Positions 37,341 to 48,823 of a stretch of 64,000 nt of DNA are shown here, in pieces. Origin of the DNA: Malacoraja senta. Its lineage: Eukaryota. Each line of letters starts with the position of its first letter. Position 1 is the first letter of the stretch. The position numbers and the translations under genes are program-made. Location of the stretch: NCBI GenBank assembly GCA_038087875.1, contig CM075996.1:6264001-6328000 (forward strand), written 5' to 3'. The notes under the pieces were generated by a model that saw only the letters and a program-made list of their open reading frames with translations, ran no database searches and had not been told where the DNA came from.

Positions 37341-39239
37341 ACTCCTAATCTCCTTTCCTTTCTGTCTTTTCTTCCGATTCTATCCTTTCATTGCTGTGTG
37401 GCTGATCTAATTCTAGAGGCAGTGTTGTGTACTATTGTCCAATCTTATGTTATGCATAAATATCTTAGAAATGTAATTAGATGCCAGCATGTTCACACCA
37501 ACAGAGTAGCTGCCAGTTCTGGACAACATAGCCCTACTTATTTACTTATCCAGCATAACTTACAAGATAGGATCAACATCCCCACTTTCAAAGGCTTGGA
37601 AATCCACAACAGATGTACTTTAAATCGCACATATTATTTTTTGGAAAAAGCTGCTGACCTCCTTATTGTGAGTAAAAACCAAGTATCCATATGGAAGGAT
37701 CTGTGGGGCACATCCAGTACAATCATTAATATTTCACCATTGATCTTTCAGTATGAATCACTGGCTGCAACCCTCTTCAATTGAGCCACACGAGACTGCA
37801 GATGCTGGAATCTTGAGCAAAAAACAAACTTGGAAAACTCAGTGGATAAAGTCTGCTGAGCTCCTCACTTGGTCTCATCCAGACTATGGGCAATTTGCCG
37901 CATTCTCCACAGATGGAAAGCACTTGGTGATCTAAAACTTGATGCTGATTAAGTGACGCTAAAACAAGGAACACGATACCTCAACCTACCCATTAAAATC
38001 TGTTTTCTCCACTTGGCATTTTAGGAAGCAGTTGCTTGGATTGACTGTCTGGACATACATGTGTGTTGCATATGTGTAGGAAAGAACTGCAGATGCTGGT
38101 TTAAATCGAAGATAGACACAAAATGCTGTAGTAACTCAGCGGGACAGGCAGCATCTCTGGAGAGAAGGAATGGGTGCCATTTTGGGTCGAGACCCTTCTT
38201 CAGAATGAGGTTCTGTAGCATATCTTGCATTGTGAAAGAAGACGATCAAATTCCAGAAATACTGCTGTGTATTTAAACACATTGCTTTACAGTGCTGTGT
38301 AATTAATTCACAGACGATATTTGTTTAATTACCTTCCATGCATGGTGAAGTATTTTAACCGGTTCACAGGGACTAATTAAATTCTAGAGAAGGTGTTGTG
38401 GACTGGCTTCTGGAGATGCTGTGCAGGTAGTCAAATGGTTAAGATGCTTCTGTTAATCAATTAAACTCTAAAGTGAGTGGGATGTATTTGTTCTGTCCTT
38501 TGAGAGATAGATGTATACAGAATCAGGATTTTTGTGATCTTGCTCCATATTGAAGAAAGTTCGAGAGAAGATGGTGCATATTTGATCAGATTCCAAGGAT
38601 AGTGCTGAAGAATTAATCAGATTATGTGATGTATATAATTAGATTCCTGGGATGATTCAATCAAAATTGTAAAATGGTGCTCCTATTTAATCTGATTTTG
38701 AAGATAATATTATCTTTTATTAAATTCAGATTCCCGAGACATCACTGTGAATGTAATCATACTCTGGAGATGGTTCAATGTACTTGATCAGAAGAGGACC
38801 TGGTGGATGTACAGGCCATCCCAATGCCGTGGCTAGTCAGATGCCTTTCTCCCTTGCAGAATTAGCAAATATCAACCAAAAATCTGAGATGCAGAATAAA
38901 ATTTGCTGTCAAGGAATTTATTTGAAAACTTTTTTTTCAACTTGCGTTTTTCAACATATGAGCAGATGACACATCATGTTATAGAATATCACAAAATGGA
39001 ACATTAATATGGTTGGGGGGGGAGATGTCTGTACTTAGATTTCCAGAAGGCATTTCAAATAGTACCACGTCAAAGATTATGTTGAAAATAATGGTGTAGG
39101 TAGTAACATATTGGCATGGATCACATATTGACTTGAAGATTTGCTGGCTAAAAGAGAAACAAGAGTAGGCATAAATGGATCATCTTTAAGTTGGCATGAT
39201 ATAACAAGTGATGTGCCGCAGGAAGCTATGCACAATGTG

Positions 39240-39890
39240 TGACTGATTTAATTGTTGTCTGTGTCTATGTGGTCAGTTCCTTGTTGTCCGTGCCTGTGTG
39301 ATCATTTTCATTGTTGTCTGTGTCTGTGTGACCAGGTTCACTGTTGGTTGTGTGACCAGGTTCATTGCTGTCTGCGTGACCAGGTTCATTGTGGTCTGTG
39401 TGACCAGGTTCGTTGTGGTCTGTGTGACCAGGTTCATTGTGGTCTGTGTGACCAGGTTCGTTGTTGTCTGTGATCAGGTTAATTGTTGTCTGTGATCAGG
39501 TTAATTGTTGTCTGTGTGACCAGGTTAATTGTTGGCTGTGCCTGTGTGACCAAGTTCATTGTTGTCTGTGTGACCAGGTTCATTGCTGTCTGTGTGACCA
39601 GGTTCATTGTAGTCTGTGCTAGTGTGACCAGGATCATTGTTGGCTGTGTCTGTCTGACCAGGTTCATTGTTAACTGTCTGTGTGGTTTGTCTAGGAAGGA
39701 ACTGCAGATGCTGGTTTACACCGAAGATAGACACAAAATGCTGGAGTAACTCAGCAGGACAGGCAGCATCCCTGGAGAGAAGGAATGGCCATTCCTTCTA
39801 TCCCGAGATGCTGTGTGACCTGGTTTATTGGTGTTTGTGCGACCAGGTTCATTGTGGTCTGTGTGTGTGAGACCAGGTTCATTGTTGATG
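39240..39890. repeat. Young ~24-bp minisatellite TGTGTGACCAGGTTCATTGTTGTC
   Basis: About 20 units, some 22-30 bp; PLE tail fragment inserted at ~39692-39815. Confidence 0.95.
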
Positions 39891-39899
39891 GGTTCCTAT

Positions 39900-40455
39900 C
39901 TAAGCACGTTTGTTGTTGTTGGTGCCTAATTAATCAAATTTATTTTTGAAATTACACATGTAATTAGAATTATTATCGATAGTTTCTGTCTAAGTAGATA
40001 TGTTTTTGGTGGTGCCAGAACAAGCAGATAGATTAATGATAGATAGATTTATGTCAAATTAAATTAATGGATCAAGGGTGGATTTCTAAATAATGATGCG
40101 TCAAATCAGATTAATTGATGGAGTATACTGGACAATATTAATTGATAAATGTGCATATCTAATTGACGAGGATGTGTGTTAAATCAGATTAACTGATGAG
40201 GGTATTGGGTAAATCAGATTCATTAATGATCACGTGTGTGAAATCAGACTCATTGATGAGAATATGTGTCCGATCAGACTCTGATGAGAGTATATGTCAA
40301 ATTGGATTCATTGCTGCTTGTCTAATCAGATTCATTGGTATTACATGTTTCATAATTGAGGGGTGTTCCAAGCAGATTCCTTAACGATGCTGCATCTAAC
40401 TAGATTCATTGATAATGGTGCATGTCTAGTCAGATTCATCAATGATTCTTTGGTG
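39900..40455. repeat. Degenerate ~28-bp minisatellite (approximately TAATCAGATTCATTGATGAGGGTGTGTC)
   Basis: aatcagattc/attaattgatga recurs at regular spacing. Confidence 0.75.
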
Positions 40456-40574
40456 ATAACTATAGTGGAACCTTTGGGGCTCAAGGAGCAATGGCAAAGG
40501 AACAGAAACAGAGTGCTGATGAATGGTTGCTCCTTGGACTCACCTGTGTTCCATCTGCGATTGTTATCCCGAGC

Positions 40575-40960
40575 TCCCAGTTGCATATCCCTCCATAGCC
40601 TTCTCCACTGCCATGGTGAGACCCATTGCAAACTAGAGGAACAACTTGTCATATTCCACTTGGCTAATTTACATTCCAAACGTATCAACATTGGATTTTA
40701 CAGTTTTGGGCAACCTTCCCCACCTGTCAATTTTTCCCACTTTTGTCCCCTTTCCCATACTACCCTCCCCTCAGGCCACCCATCACACTTTTTTTATCTC
40801 CCCCCTCTTGTGTTTCCATGCACTTGCTGCACACGCACATTTTATCCACAGGCTCACCATCCTCCCAAATCTGGTTCTAGTTTTATCTGCCCCCCCCCCC
40901 CCCCCCCCTAATGTTCCCTTCCTTATTTATCAGATTCCAGCACTGGTGGCCTTTGTGTCC
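40575..40960 (+). mobile_element. Old, degraded Penelope-like 3' fragment
   Basis: LLHCHGETHCKLEEQLVIFHLANLHSKRINIGF resembles the GIY-YIG C-terminus of the younger copies. Confidence 0.7.
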
Positions 40961-41399
40961 CTGCTTACAAAGACAATTCCTGATTAGTGCGGGTGTCAGG
41001 GGTTATGGGGAGAAGGCAGGAGAATGAGGTTAGGAGGGAGAGATAGATCAGCCATGATTGAATGGCGGAGTAGACTTGATGGATCAAATGGCCTAATTTT
41101 GCTCCTATCACTTATGACCTTATGACCTAAAATTCAAAACGTTTCAAGAGCAAACGGACAACTAAGGAAATAATAGGGTCTATTTTGATGAGATAACAAG
41201 GAGGGTAAATGAGGCTAGTGTGTTTGGCGTAGTCTACAATGCAGCTTTGATGAGGTCCAAATGGTAGGCTGATCAGGAGGTTTGGAAAAATGGACTCAGT
41301 CGCTCGTTCCAAGTAATTGATATATTTGTGACACTGATTTCAATAGGATTCTACAGGTCCAAGTATTCAGTACTTTGCTGTTCGTAATACATTTTAATA

Positions 41400-42280
41400 A
41401 TTTGGATAAATGTTTTGGACATGACAAAGACATTTGTAGATAATACAAAAATAGTTGTTCATGGTTGATATTGAGGGGAAAAGATTTAAGATGTAAAAGG
41501 ATATCAATGAACTTGTCAGTTGGGCAGAAAAGTTACATTTGGAATTCCATCTAGAGAAATGTGAGTATACAGTAAACTGGAGGATACTGAGACGTGTGAA
41601 GGATAAGAGGAACTTTTGGATGTATATCCACAAATTCATAAATGTAGCAGAATAGATTATGGTGTGGTTAGGAAAACATACAAGATGCATTCCTTTATTT
41701 AGTCAAGATACAAAATGTAAAAGCAAGAATGTTAGGCGAAAATTATAGGCAACACTAATTAGATCATAACTTGAATTCTGATAAAGTGTTATGAACCTGA
41801 ACTGTTGATCATATTTCTGGCTTCTCGGGTGCTGTCGGACTTTCTAAGTATTTGCAGCACTTACAGTTTGTATTTCAGATTCTGTAGTTTTGGGGATTTT
41901 GTATACAATGGGCAGTTCTGATCAGCATCAGTGTAATTGTACCAAAGAGAACGCAGAGAAGATTAATACGAATTTTACCGGGACTGGCAAGATATAACTG
42001 AGGAAAACTTGGTTAGCCTGGGACAGAAGAGATTGAGGGGAGATTGAATTGAGGTGTTATTATGAGCAACCCAGATAAAAGGGAGGACTCATTTCCCTTT
42101 GTATATAGTTAAAAAACAAGAGGGCAAAGACTTAGATTAATTGATGGAAGAATTGGAAGAAAGACAATGTACATGGTGGTAGAGGGAGATATCCTCATGA
42201 TGGGTACATGGATGCTCACTTGAAGAGCTATGATACGCAGAGGCTTCGGACCTTATCTTGAAAGATGGTATTAAACTAGG
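41400..42280 (+). mobile_element. Very old CR1 fragment
   Basis: Degraded W..K....F..EKCE and downstream motifs. Confidence 0.6.
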
Positions 42281-42282
42281 TA

Positions 42283-42470
42283 TAGACACAAAATGCTGGA
42301 GTAACTCAGCGGGACAGGCAGCATCTCTGGAGACAAGGAATGGGTGATGTTTTGGGTCGAGACCCTTCAGACTTCAAACTTCTCTCCAGAGATGCTGCCT
42401 GTCTCGCTGAGTTACTCCAGCATTTTGTGTCTATCTTCGGTTTCAACCAGCATCTGTAGTTCCTTCCTAC
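42283..42470. mobile_element. PLE-derived inverted mini-element
   Basis: Inverted arms; TSD gtattaaact(a/g)ggta at 42268 and 42471. Confidence 0.85.
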
Positions 42471-42972
42471 GTATTAAACTGGGTACAATTTCTTCATCCA
42501 TGGTGGATATGTTCAGCCTGAGAGCAGGAGGAATCACAGAGGGGGTGTAGCTCTATGCTATGTACCTTTTATATCTCTTGTTTCCCTTTCCCCGGACTCT
42601 CAGTTTGAAGAAGGGTCTCGACTTCAGACGTCACCTATTCTATTTCTCCGGAGATGTTGCCTGAGCCGCTGAGTTACTCCAGCTTTTTGTATCTGTCTTC
42701 TGTTTAATCCACAACCTGAATACTGGAAATTACAATGTTAATACCAATGTCAGAACACCTTCACCAGCAGATAAAACTAGTAGCAGATAAAACTGGATAA
42801 ATCTATCATTTTTCAGTGAAAAGTTTGTATCACTTTCTAATTTATAAACTTCCTGTTTCTGATCTGTCCCTTGTGAACACTATGACAGATTCTGTTATTC
42901 CATCTTTGCCAGGAGATCTAAAATTCTATCATGTTTTTGTTAATTTGCTGTTTAAGTCTAAAAAGCAGATCT

Positions 42973-43800
42973 GTGTAGGAAAGAACTGCAGATGCTGGTT
43001 TACACCGAAGATAGACACAAAATGCTGGAGTAACTCAGCGGGACAGGCAGCATCTCTGGATAGAAGGAATGGGTGATGTTTTGGGTCGAGACCCTTCTGC
43101 AGTCAGTCAGGGGAGAGAGAGACACAGGGATAAAGAAGGGTAAGGTGTTGGAAAAAAGGAGATGATCAAGGAAAATGTAGAATAGATCATTGTTAACTAG
43201 GAGAAGGTGACAACGAAGCATACAGAGATGAAAATTAATCAGGGGGGCAGTCAGACTGGTCGGAGAACTAGGAAGGGGAGGGGATGGAGAGAAAGGGAAA
43301 GCAAAGGTTACTTGAAGTTAGAGAAGTCAATATTCATACCGCTGGGATGTAAGCTGCCCAAGCGAAATATGAGGTGGTGTTCCTCCAATTTGCGCTGGGC
43401 CTCACTCTGACAGTGGAGGAGGCCCAGGACAGAAAGGCCAGTATGGGAATGAAAGGGGGAGTTAAAGTGTTTAGCAATCGGGAGATCGGGTAGGTTTCGG
43501 TGGACTGAGCGGAGGTGTTCAGCGAAATGATTGTCGAGCCTGCGCTTGGTCTCACCGATATATAGGAGTCCACACCGGGAACAGCGGATACAGTAGATGA
43601 GGTTGGAGCAGGTGCAAGTGAACCTCTGCCTCACCTGAAAAGATTGTTGCGGTCCTTGGACGGAGTCGAGGGAGGAGGTATAGGGACAGATGTTGCAGGG
43701 GAAAGTACCTGGGGAGGCGATGGTTTGGGTGGGAAGGGACAATTTACACAGGGAGTTGCGGAGAGAACGGTCTCTGAGGTAAGCGGAAAAGAGTGGACCT
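42973..43800 (-). mobile_element. Penelope-like element fragment with open GIY-YIG reading frame (43308..43742)
   Basis: QRFTCTCSNLIYCIRCSRCGLLYIGETKRRLDNHFAEHLRSV; pLTR and tail at 42973-43105. Confidence 0.92.
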
Positions 43801-44564
43801 GGGAGGTGTGGAGGGTATGTGTTGGGTTATTCAGAAAGATTTCCATCACTGGCTACAATATAGTGTGTTGCAATATGGCCAGTTGCTCTGCTTTATTCAA
43901 GACAAATTCTTGTTTTCTCCTGTGCCAGAGTATGTTTCACTAAAGAAGTTGCTTTGTTGTGCCAATGCATGATGTGAATGGAGACATTGCCCCAGTTGCT
44001 TTGTCATCAAAAATAACTTTGTGTTCTGCAAGTATGGAAAATGGTGAAGGTAGTTTTGACAATAACAATTTTAATTTTCTAATCCCTCAAAAGTTTGACC
44101 TATGACTTGATATAAATCAATGGAAGTGCTTTGTAGTTAGAAAAGTTGTGAATAGAATTGTTGGTAAATAATCACACGCTTGACTTTGACCGGAGAAATG
44201 TTCATTGATGAATCAGCTATAAATTGTCAGGCCAATGACAGATGTCTGAATACATCCAACAACTACTTCCCTTTGTGCAACTTATCACACCATCTCCATA
44301 GTTTTTAATCTTAAATGTTAAACTAAACTATTTTCTGTTTGCTAAATTGATTACAATAGACCGCATGGTACCATATGAAGAAGAGGAAGTCTGATATGAT
44401 GTACTGGCCAACATTTCTCCCACAACTGTGCCACCATCTGATCAAAAGTCAAGATGTTTTATTGTCATATGTCCCGAAACAGAATGATAAAATTCTTACT
44501 TGCAGCAGCACAACAAACATGTAAACATAGTATGTTGTAAAACCATAATAAACAACAACAAAGT

Positions 44565-44700
44565 CCTATATATATATATATAGAGAGAGAGAGAGATTTA
44601 TATTATATGATAGAATATAATATAATATAAATTATATATAAACAATATATATATATATATAATATAATATAATATATATATAAACAATAAATAGACAATA
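44565..44700. repeat. (TA)n/(GA)n microsatellite and AT-rich low-complexity tract
   Basis: Direct observation. Confidence 0.9.
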
Positions 44701-45399
44701 ACAGGGCAAAAATAAAGTCTATATAGTTTGGAGCCTATTTGGAGGTTGTAGTGTTTAATAACCTGATGGTTGTAGGGAAGAAGCTGCTCCTGAATCTGGA
44801 TGTTACAGTTTTCAGACTGCTGTACCTTCTTCCTGATGGCAGGACTGCAATGAATACATGGCCAGAGTAGTGTGGGTCACTGATGATGCTGGCTGCCTTT
44901 TTGAGGTAGTGACTCCAGTTGATCCCTTCGATGGTGGGGAAGTCAGTACCCGTGATGGACTGTTTGCAATCATCTTAATTCCTGGAAAATCTCCACTTAT
45001 TCCCATTTCCCATAGTTTTATCACTATTTCACTTTTACACATTCCTATTGAATCTGATTCCACTATTCTTGGGAGGAAATTGTTCTAGATCACTGCAATT
45101 TACTGTGTAAAACAAAGTTTCCTTACGTGAGCCCTTGTTCTTTTGCCAATTGCTTTGAATCTATGACTTCTTGAAACAAGATGTCTTTATTTAATCTTAT
45201 CAAATTCATTTATTTAATCTATCAAAATCAGTGATCATTTTTGAATATTTCACCTGAATATTCACTTCACCGTCTCTTAGACAAGAACAGAACCAAAGTC
45301 ACAAATTTCTCTACATATCCAAATCCAAAATCCCTGGTAGCTTTTCAATAAATCTCTTCTGTACCATTCCAGGCATTGCCATCCTTATTAAAGTGTTCA

Positions 45400-46105
45400 A
45401 AGGTTCCAAAGGTCTTTTATTGTCACATGTACCAATTAAGGTACAGTGATATGTGAATTACCATACAGCCATGTGAAAAAAAAGCAACAAGACACACAAC
45501 TACATAAAAGTTAACATAAACATCCACCACAGCGGATTCCCCACATTCCTCACAGTGATGGAAGGTTAAAAAAATCCAGTCTTTTTCCTCTTTATTCTCC
45601 AGCAGTGGGGGCAGACGAACCACCCGTCAGAGCGATCGCAGCTCAAACTGCCGGCGGTCGAAGCTCCCACGTCGGGGCGATCTAAACTCCTGCGTCGGGG
45701 GGATCTAGACTCCCGTGGCTTGGAGTTCCCGAAGTCAGTCTCTGACGAGAGACCGCGGGCTCCGTGATATTAAGTCTGCAAGCACCCACGGTTGGAACTC
45801 TGAGGTCGATCCCTGGCAAAGGGATCGCGGGCTCCACGGTGTTAAAGTCCCGTAGGCACCCGCGGTGGAGCTCTCGAAGTCGGTCTCCAGCGAAGGCCGC
45901 CAACTCCTCGTTGTTAGGCTGCAGTGCGGATGGAGATACGATACGAAAAAAAATCGCATCTCCGTCGAGTTAAGAGATTAGAAAAAGTTTCCCCCTCCCC
46001 TCACATAAAACAAGCTAAAGAACACTAAAACCATACATTTAACAGGTACTATTAAAGCACAAAGAAGGAAAGGACAGACACACTGTTGGCGAGGCAGCCA
46101 TTGGT
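45400..46105 (-). mobile_element. GC-rich non-coding retroelement with a Rex1-like tgacaataaa tail
   Basis: Colinear with 36700-37340; tail repeats cctttg(g)aa. Confidence 0.65.
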
Positions 46106-46350
46106 ACTCAATGTTAAATAATATATACAGATTCTCGAATGCAGTGAGAAGGGTTAACATTGACTCATGGGATCAGTAAAATGAGTCAGTCTTAGCTCAT
46201 AAGGATCAAAGATTCACTTGAAAGGTAGTTTGTGGTGTATTTACCCACATGGAAATATAGATGTGATTTCTATTCCTAGACAGCACTTGATGAACTGAAT
46301 GTTGCATAATCCAATAACTAAATAAAAACCCTAGTTGTACTTAAAAATTG

Positions 46351-46632
46351 AGGTGGCACAGTGGCTCAGAGGTAGAGTTGCTGCTTTACATTGTCAGAGG
46401 CCTAGGTTCGATACTGACTACGGGTAATGTCTGTACAGACTTTGTATGTTCTCCCCGTGATCCCGTGGGTTTTCTTCGGGCGCTCCGGTTTCCTCACACA
46501 TTCCATAGATGTGCAGGTTTATAGGTTAATTGGCTCCTGTAAATTATCCCTAGTGTCTCGAGTAGAACTAGTGTACGGGTGATCGCTGGTCGGCGTGGAC
46601 TCGGTGGGCCAAAGGGCCTGCTCTAAACTAAA
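46351..46632 (+). mobile_element. HE1-like V-SINE
   Basis: ggtggcacagtggctcagaggtagag head and ggttcgatact B box. Confidence 0.9.
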
Positions 46633-46883
46633 TTCAAATCTGTTATGCCAAGTAATTCAGTTGAACCACACAGTGGGTGCTATCTCAGTATGCCCATTTG
46701 CAAAACCAGATGGAGGCATGAATAAGCTGGTTTTATGAAGCATATTAACCACTCTCAGATTTCAAATTTTCTTGCAAATGCAGAGAGGTTGTATAAAAGT
46801 AGAAATTTAGTTGAGGAGGCTCAGGTGATAACTTGTTTATATGATTCCATCTGAATGTCAAGGTTGATCACAACATATTAGGA

Positions 46884-46968
46884 TGTCAGTCTGAAGAAGG
46901 GTTTCGGCCCGAAACGTTGCCTATTTCCTTCGCTCCATAGATGCTGAGTTTCTCCAGCACTTTTGTCT
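46884..46968 (+). mobile_element. 85-bp hammerhead-containing PLE mini-insertion
   Basis: cagtctgaagaagggtttcggcccgaaacgttgcc; TSD aca(a/g)catattagga at 46870 and 46969. Confidence 0.85.
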
Positions 46969-47600
46969 ACAGCATATTAGGAGTTATCACAAGCTCTAAT
47001 GTAGCAATCTCCAGTTTTTAATGCATCATGGTAGAAATTGCAGAATTTGTGAGAGATTCAAATAAATTCCAGGGATCTCCAACGTATTTTTATGGTGTAG
47101 GGTCATAGTATTGTCAAAGAGTAGCTTAGAGCCAGAGTTCTAAATCTGTCTTTTATTGAATGTTCACTTACACCCACTGCCACAGCCTGCAATCTCTCTC
47201 TATTTATAATGTAACAAGTAGCCCATGTGGAATATCATTGTGGTTCAGTGATGGCAATCATATCTCTGTGCCTGAGCCTACAGGTTCCACACTTGGAAAC
47301 TCATTATTAACTTTTCTGGGAACATTTGGCAGGTCAGGCAACATCAGTGGAAAGGGAAATGGAGTTAGTATTTTAGGTCGAAGATACTTCTCAACCTGGA
47401 CTGGCACAGGTATCCTGTTCTGTTGATTCAAGTGGAATATTTTGAAGAGAATTAGGAAATACAATGATCAACATTTCTCTTTAGACTTTAGAGATACAAC
47501 AGGGAAACAGGCCCTTTGGTCGACCGTGTCTGTGCTGACTAGCGATCACCATGTACACTAGCACTATCCTACACATTAGGATCAATTTACAGAAGCCAGA

Positions 47601-48641
47601 ATCTCAAGGAGAGATAGCTGAATAGATAGGAAATTGGCTTCATGGAAGGAAGCAGAAGGTGATGGTGGAAGGTTGCTTCTCAGACTGGAGGCCTGTGATT
47701 AATGGTGCTGGGCCCGTTACGGTTTGTCATCTATATCAATGATTTGGATCAGAACATATATGACAAGATTAGCAAGTTGGCTAATGTTACAAAAGTGGGT
47801 GGTTTTGCAGATAGTGAAAAATTGTTGTGAGAAATTGCAGCAGGATCCTGATCGATTGGCCAGGTGGGCTGAGGAATGGTTAATGGAATTTAATACAAAG
47901 CAATGTGAGGTGTTGAATTTTGTGAGGTCTAACATAGGCAGGACCTACGCAGTGAATGGTAGGCCTCCGGGGAGTGTTGTAGGGCAGAGGGATCTAGGAA
48001 TACAGGTACACGGTTCCTTGAAAGTGGAGTGACAGGTAGATAGGATGGTCAAAAAGGCTTTTGGCACATTGTCCTTCATCAGTCGGAGTATTGAGTACAG
48101 ATGTTGGGAGGTCGTGTTGCAGTTGTATAAGATGTTGGTGAGATCACATTTAGAGTATTGTGTTCAGTTCTGGGCACCATATTATAGGAAAGATGTTGTC
48201 AAGCTGGAAAGGGTACAGAGAAGATTTACGAGGATATTGCCAGGACTAGAGGGTCTGAGCTATAGGCAAAGGTTGAGTAGGCTGGTACTCTATTCTTTGG
48301 AACGAAGGAGGATGAGGGGTGATCTTATAAAGATGTATAAAATCATGAGAGGAATAGATCCGGTAGATGCACAGAGTCTCTTGCACAGAATAGGGGAATC
48401 GAGGACCAGAGGACAGGATTGTGAAGGGGAAAATAATCTGAGGGGTACCTTTTTCACACAGAGGGTGGTGGGTGTATGGAACAAGCTGCCAGAGGACGTA
48501 GTTGAGGCTGGGACTATCCCAATGGATAGGACAAATATGGAGGGATATAGACCAAACGCGGGCAGGTGGGACTAGTGTAGCTGGCCGGTGTGGGCAATTT
48601 GGGCCAAAGGGCCTGTTTCCACGCTGTATCACTCTATGACT
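47601..48641 (+). mobile_element. CR1-clade (HER1-like) LINE 3' fragment, degraded RT
   Basis: LQQDPDRLARWAEEWLMEFNTKQCEVL and LYKMLVRSHLEYCVQFWAPYYRKDVVKLERVQRRFTR; ctctatga tail. Confidence 0.92.
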
Positions 48642-48643
48642 CT

Positions 48644-48823
48644 ATAATTAACCTACAAACCTGTGCGTCTTTGGAGCGTGGGAGGAAACCAGAGCACCCG
48701 GTGAAAACCCACGGGGTCACGGAGAACGTACAAACTCCATACAGGCAGCACCCGCAGTCAGCATTGAACCCGAGTCACTGGCGCTGTCAGGCAGCAACTT
48801 ACCGCGGCACCACTGTACCGCCC
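48644..48823 (-). mobile_element. HE1-like V-SINE 5' half; its 3' half is probably 47481-47600, on the other side of the CR1
   Basis: 47481-47600 ends at gaagcca and 48644 resumes at attaacctacaaac, which are adjacent in intact copies. Confidence 0.75.

Larger units (their letters stand above)
32870..38800. repeat. Ancient degenerate ~31-bp minisatellite, interrupted by many transposons
   Basis: Recurrent approximate unit TATTTAATCAGATTCTAGAGATGGTGCTGTG (e.g. 33745-33830, 34815-35010, 36080-36430, 38240-38790). Confidence 0.75.

Noticed and set aside
39252..39870. Cys-rich (CDQVHCCL)n ORFs resembling metallothionein or keratin-associated proteins
   Set aside because: Translation of a 24-bp minisatellite; units of varying length shift the frame and there is no gene structure
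39240..39890. CRISPR-like regular repeats
   Set aside because: No unique spacers and a eukaryotic context; plain tandem repeat
43308..43742. Domesticated GIY-YIG nuclease gene
   Set aside because: Embedded in a 5'-truncated PLE with an internal deletion relative to other copies; no promoter or splice support
47724..48575. Functional reverse transcriptase gene
   Set aside because: Stops and frameshifts; 5'-truncated CR1 relic
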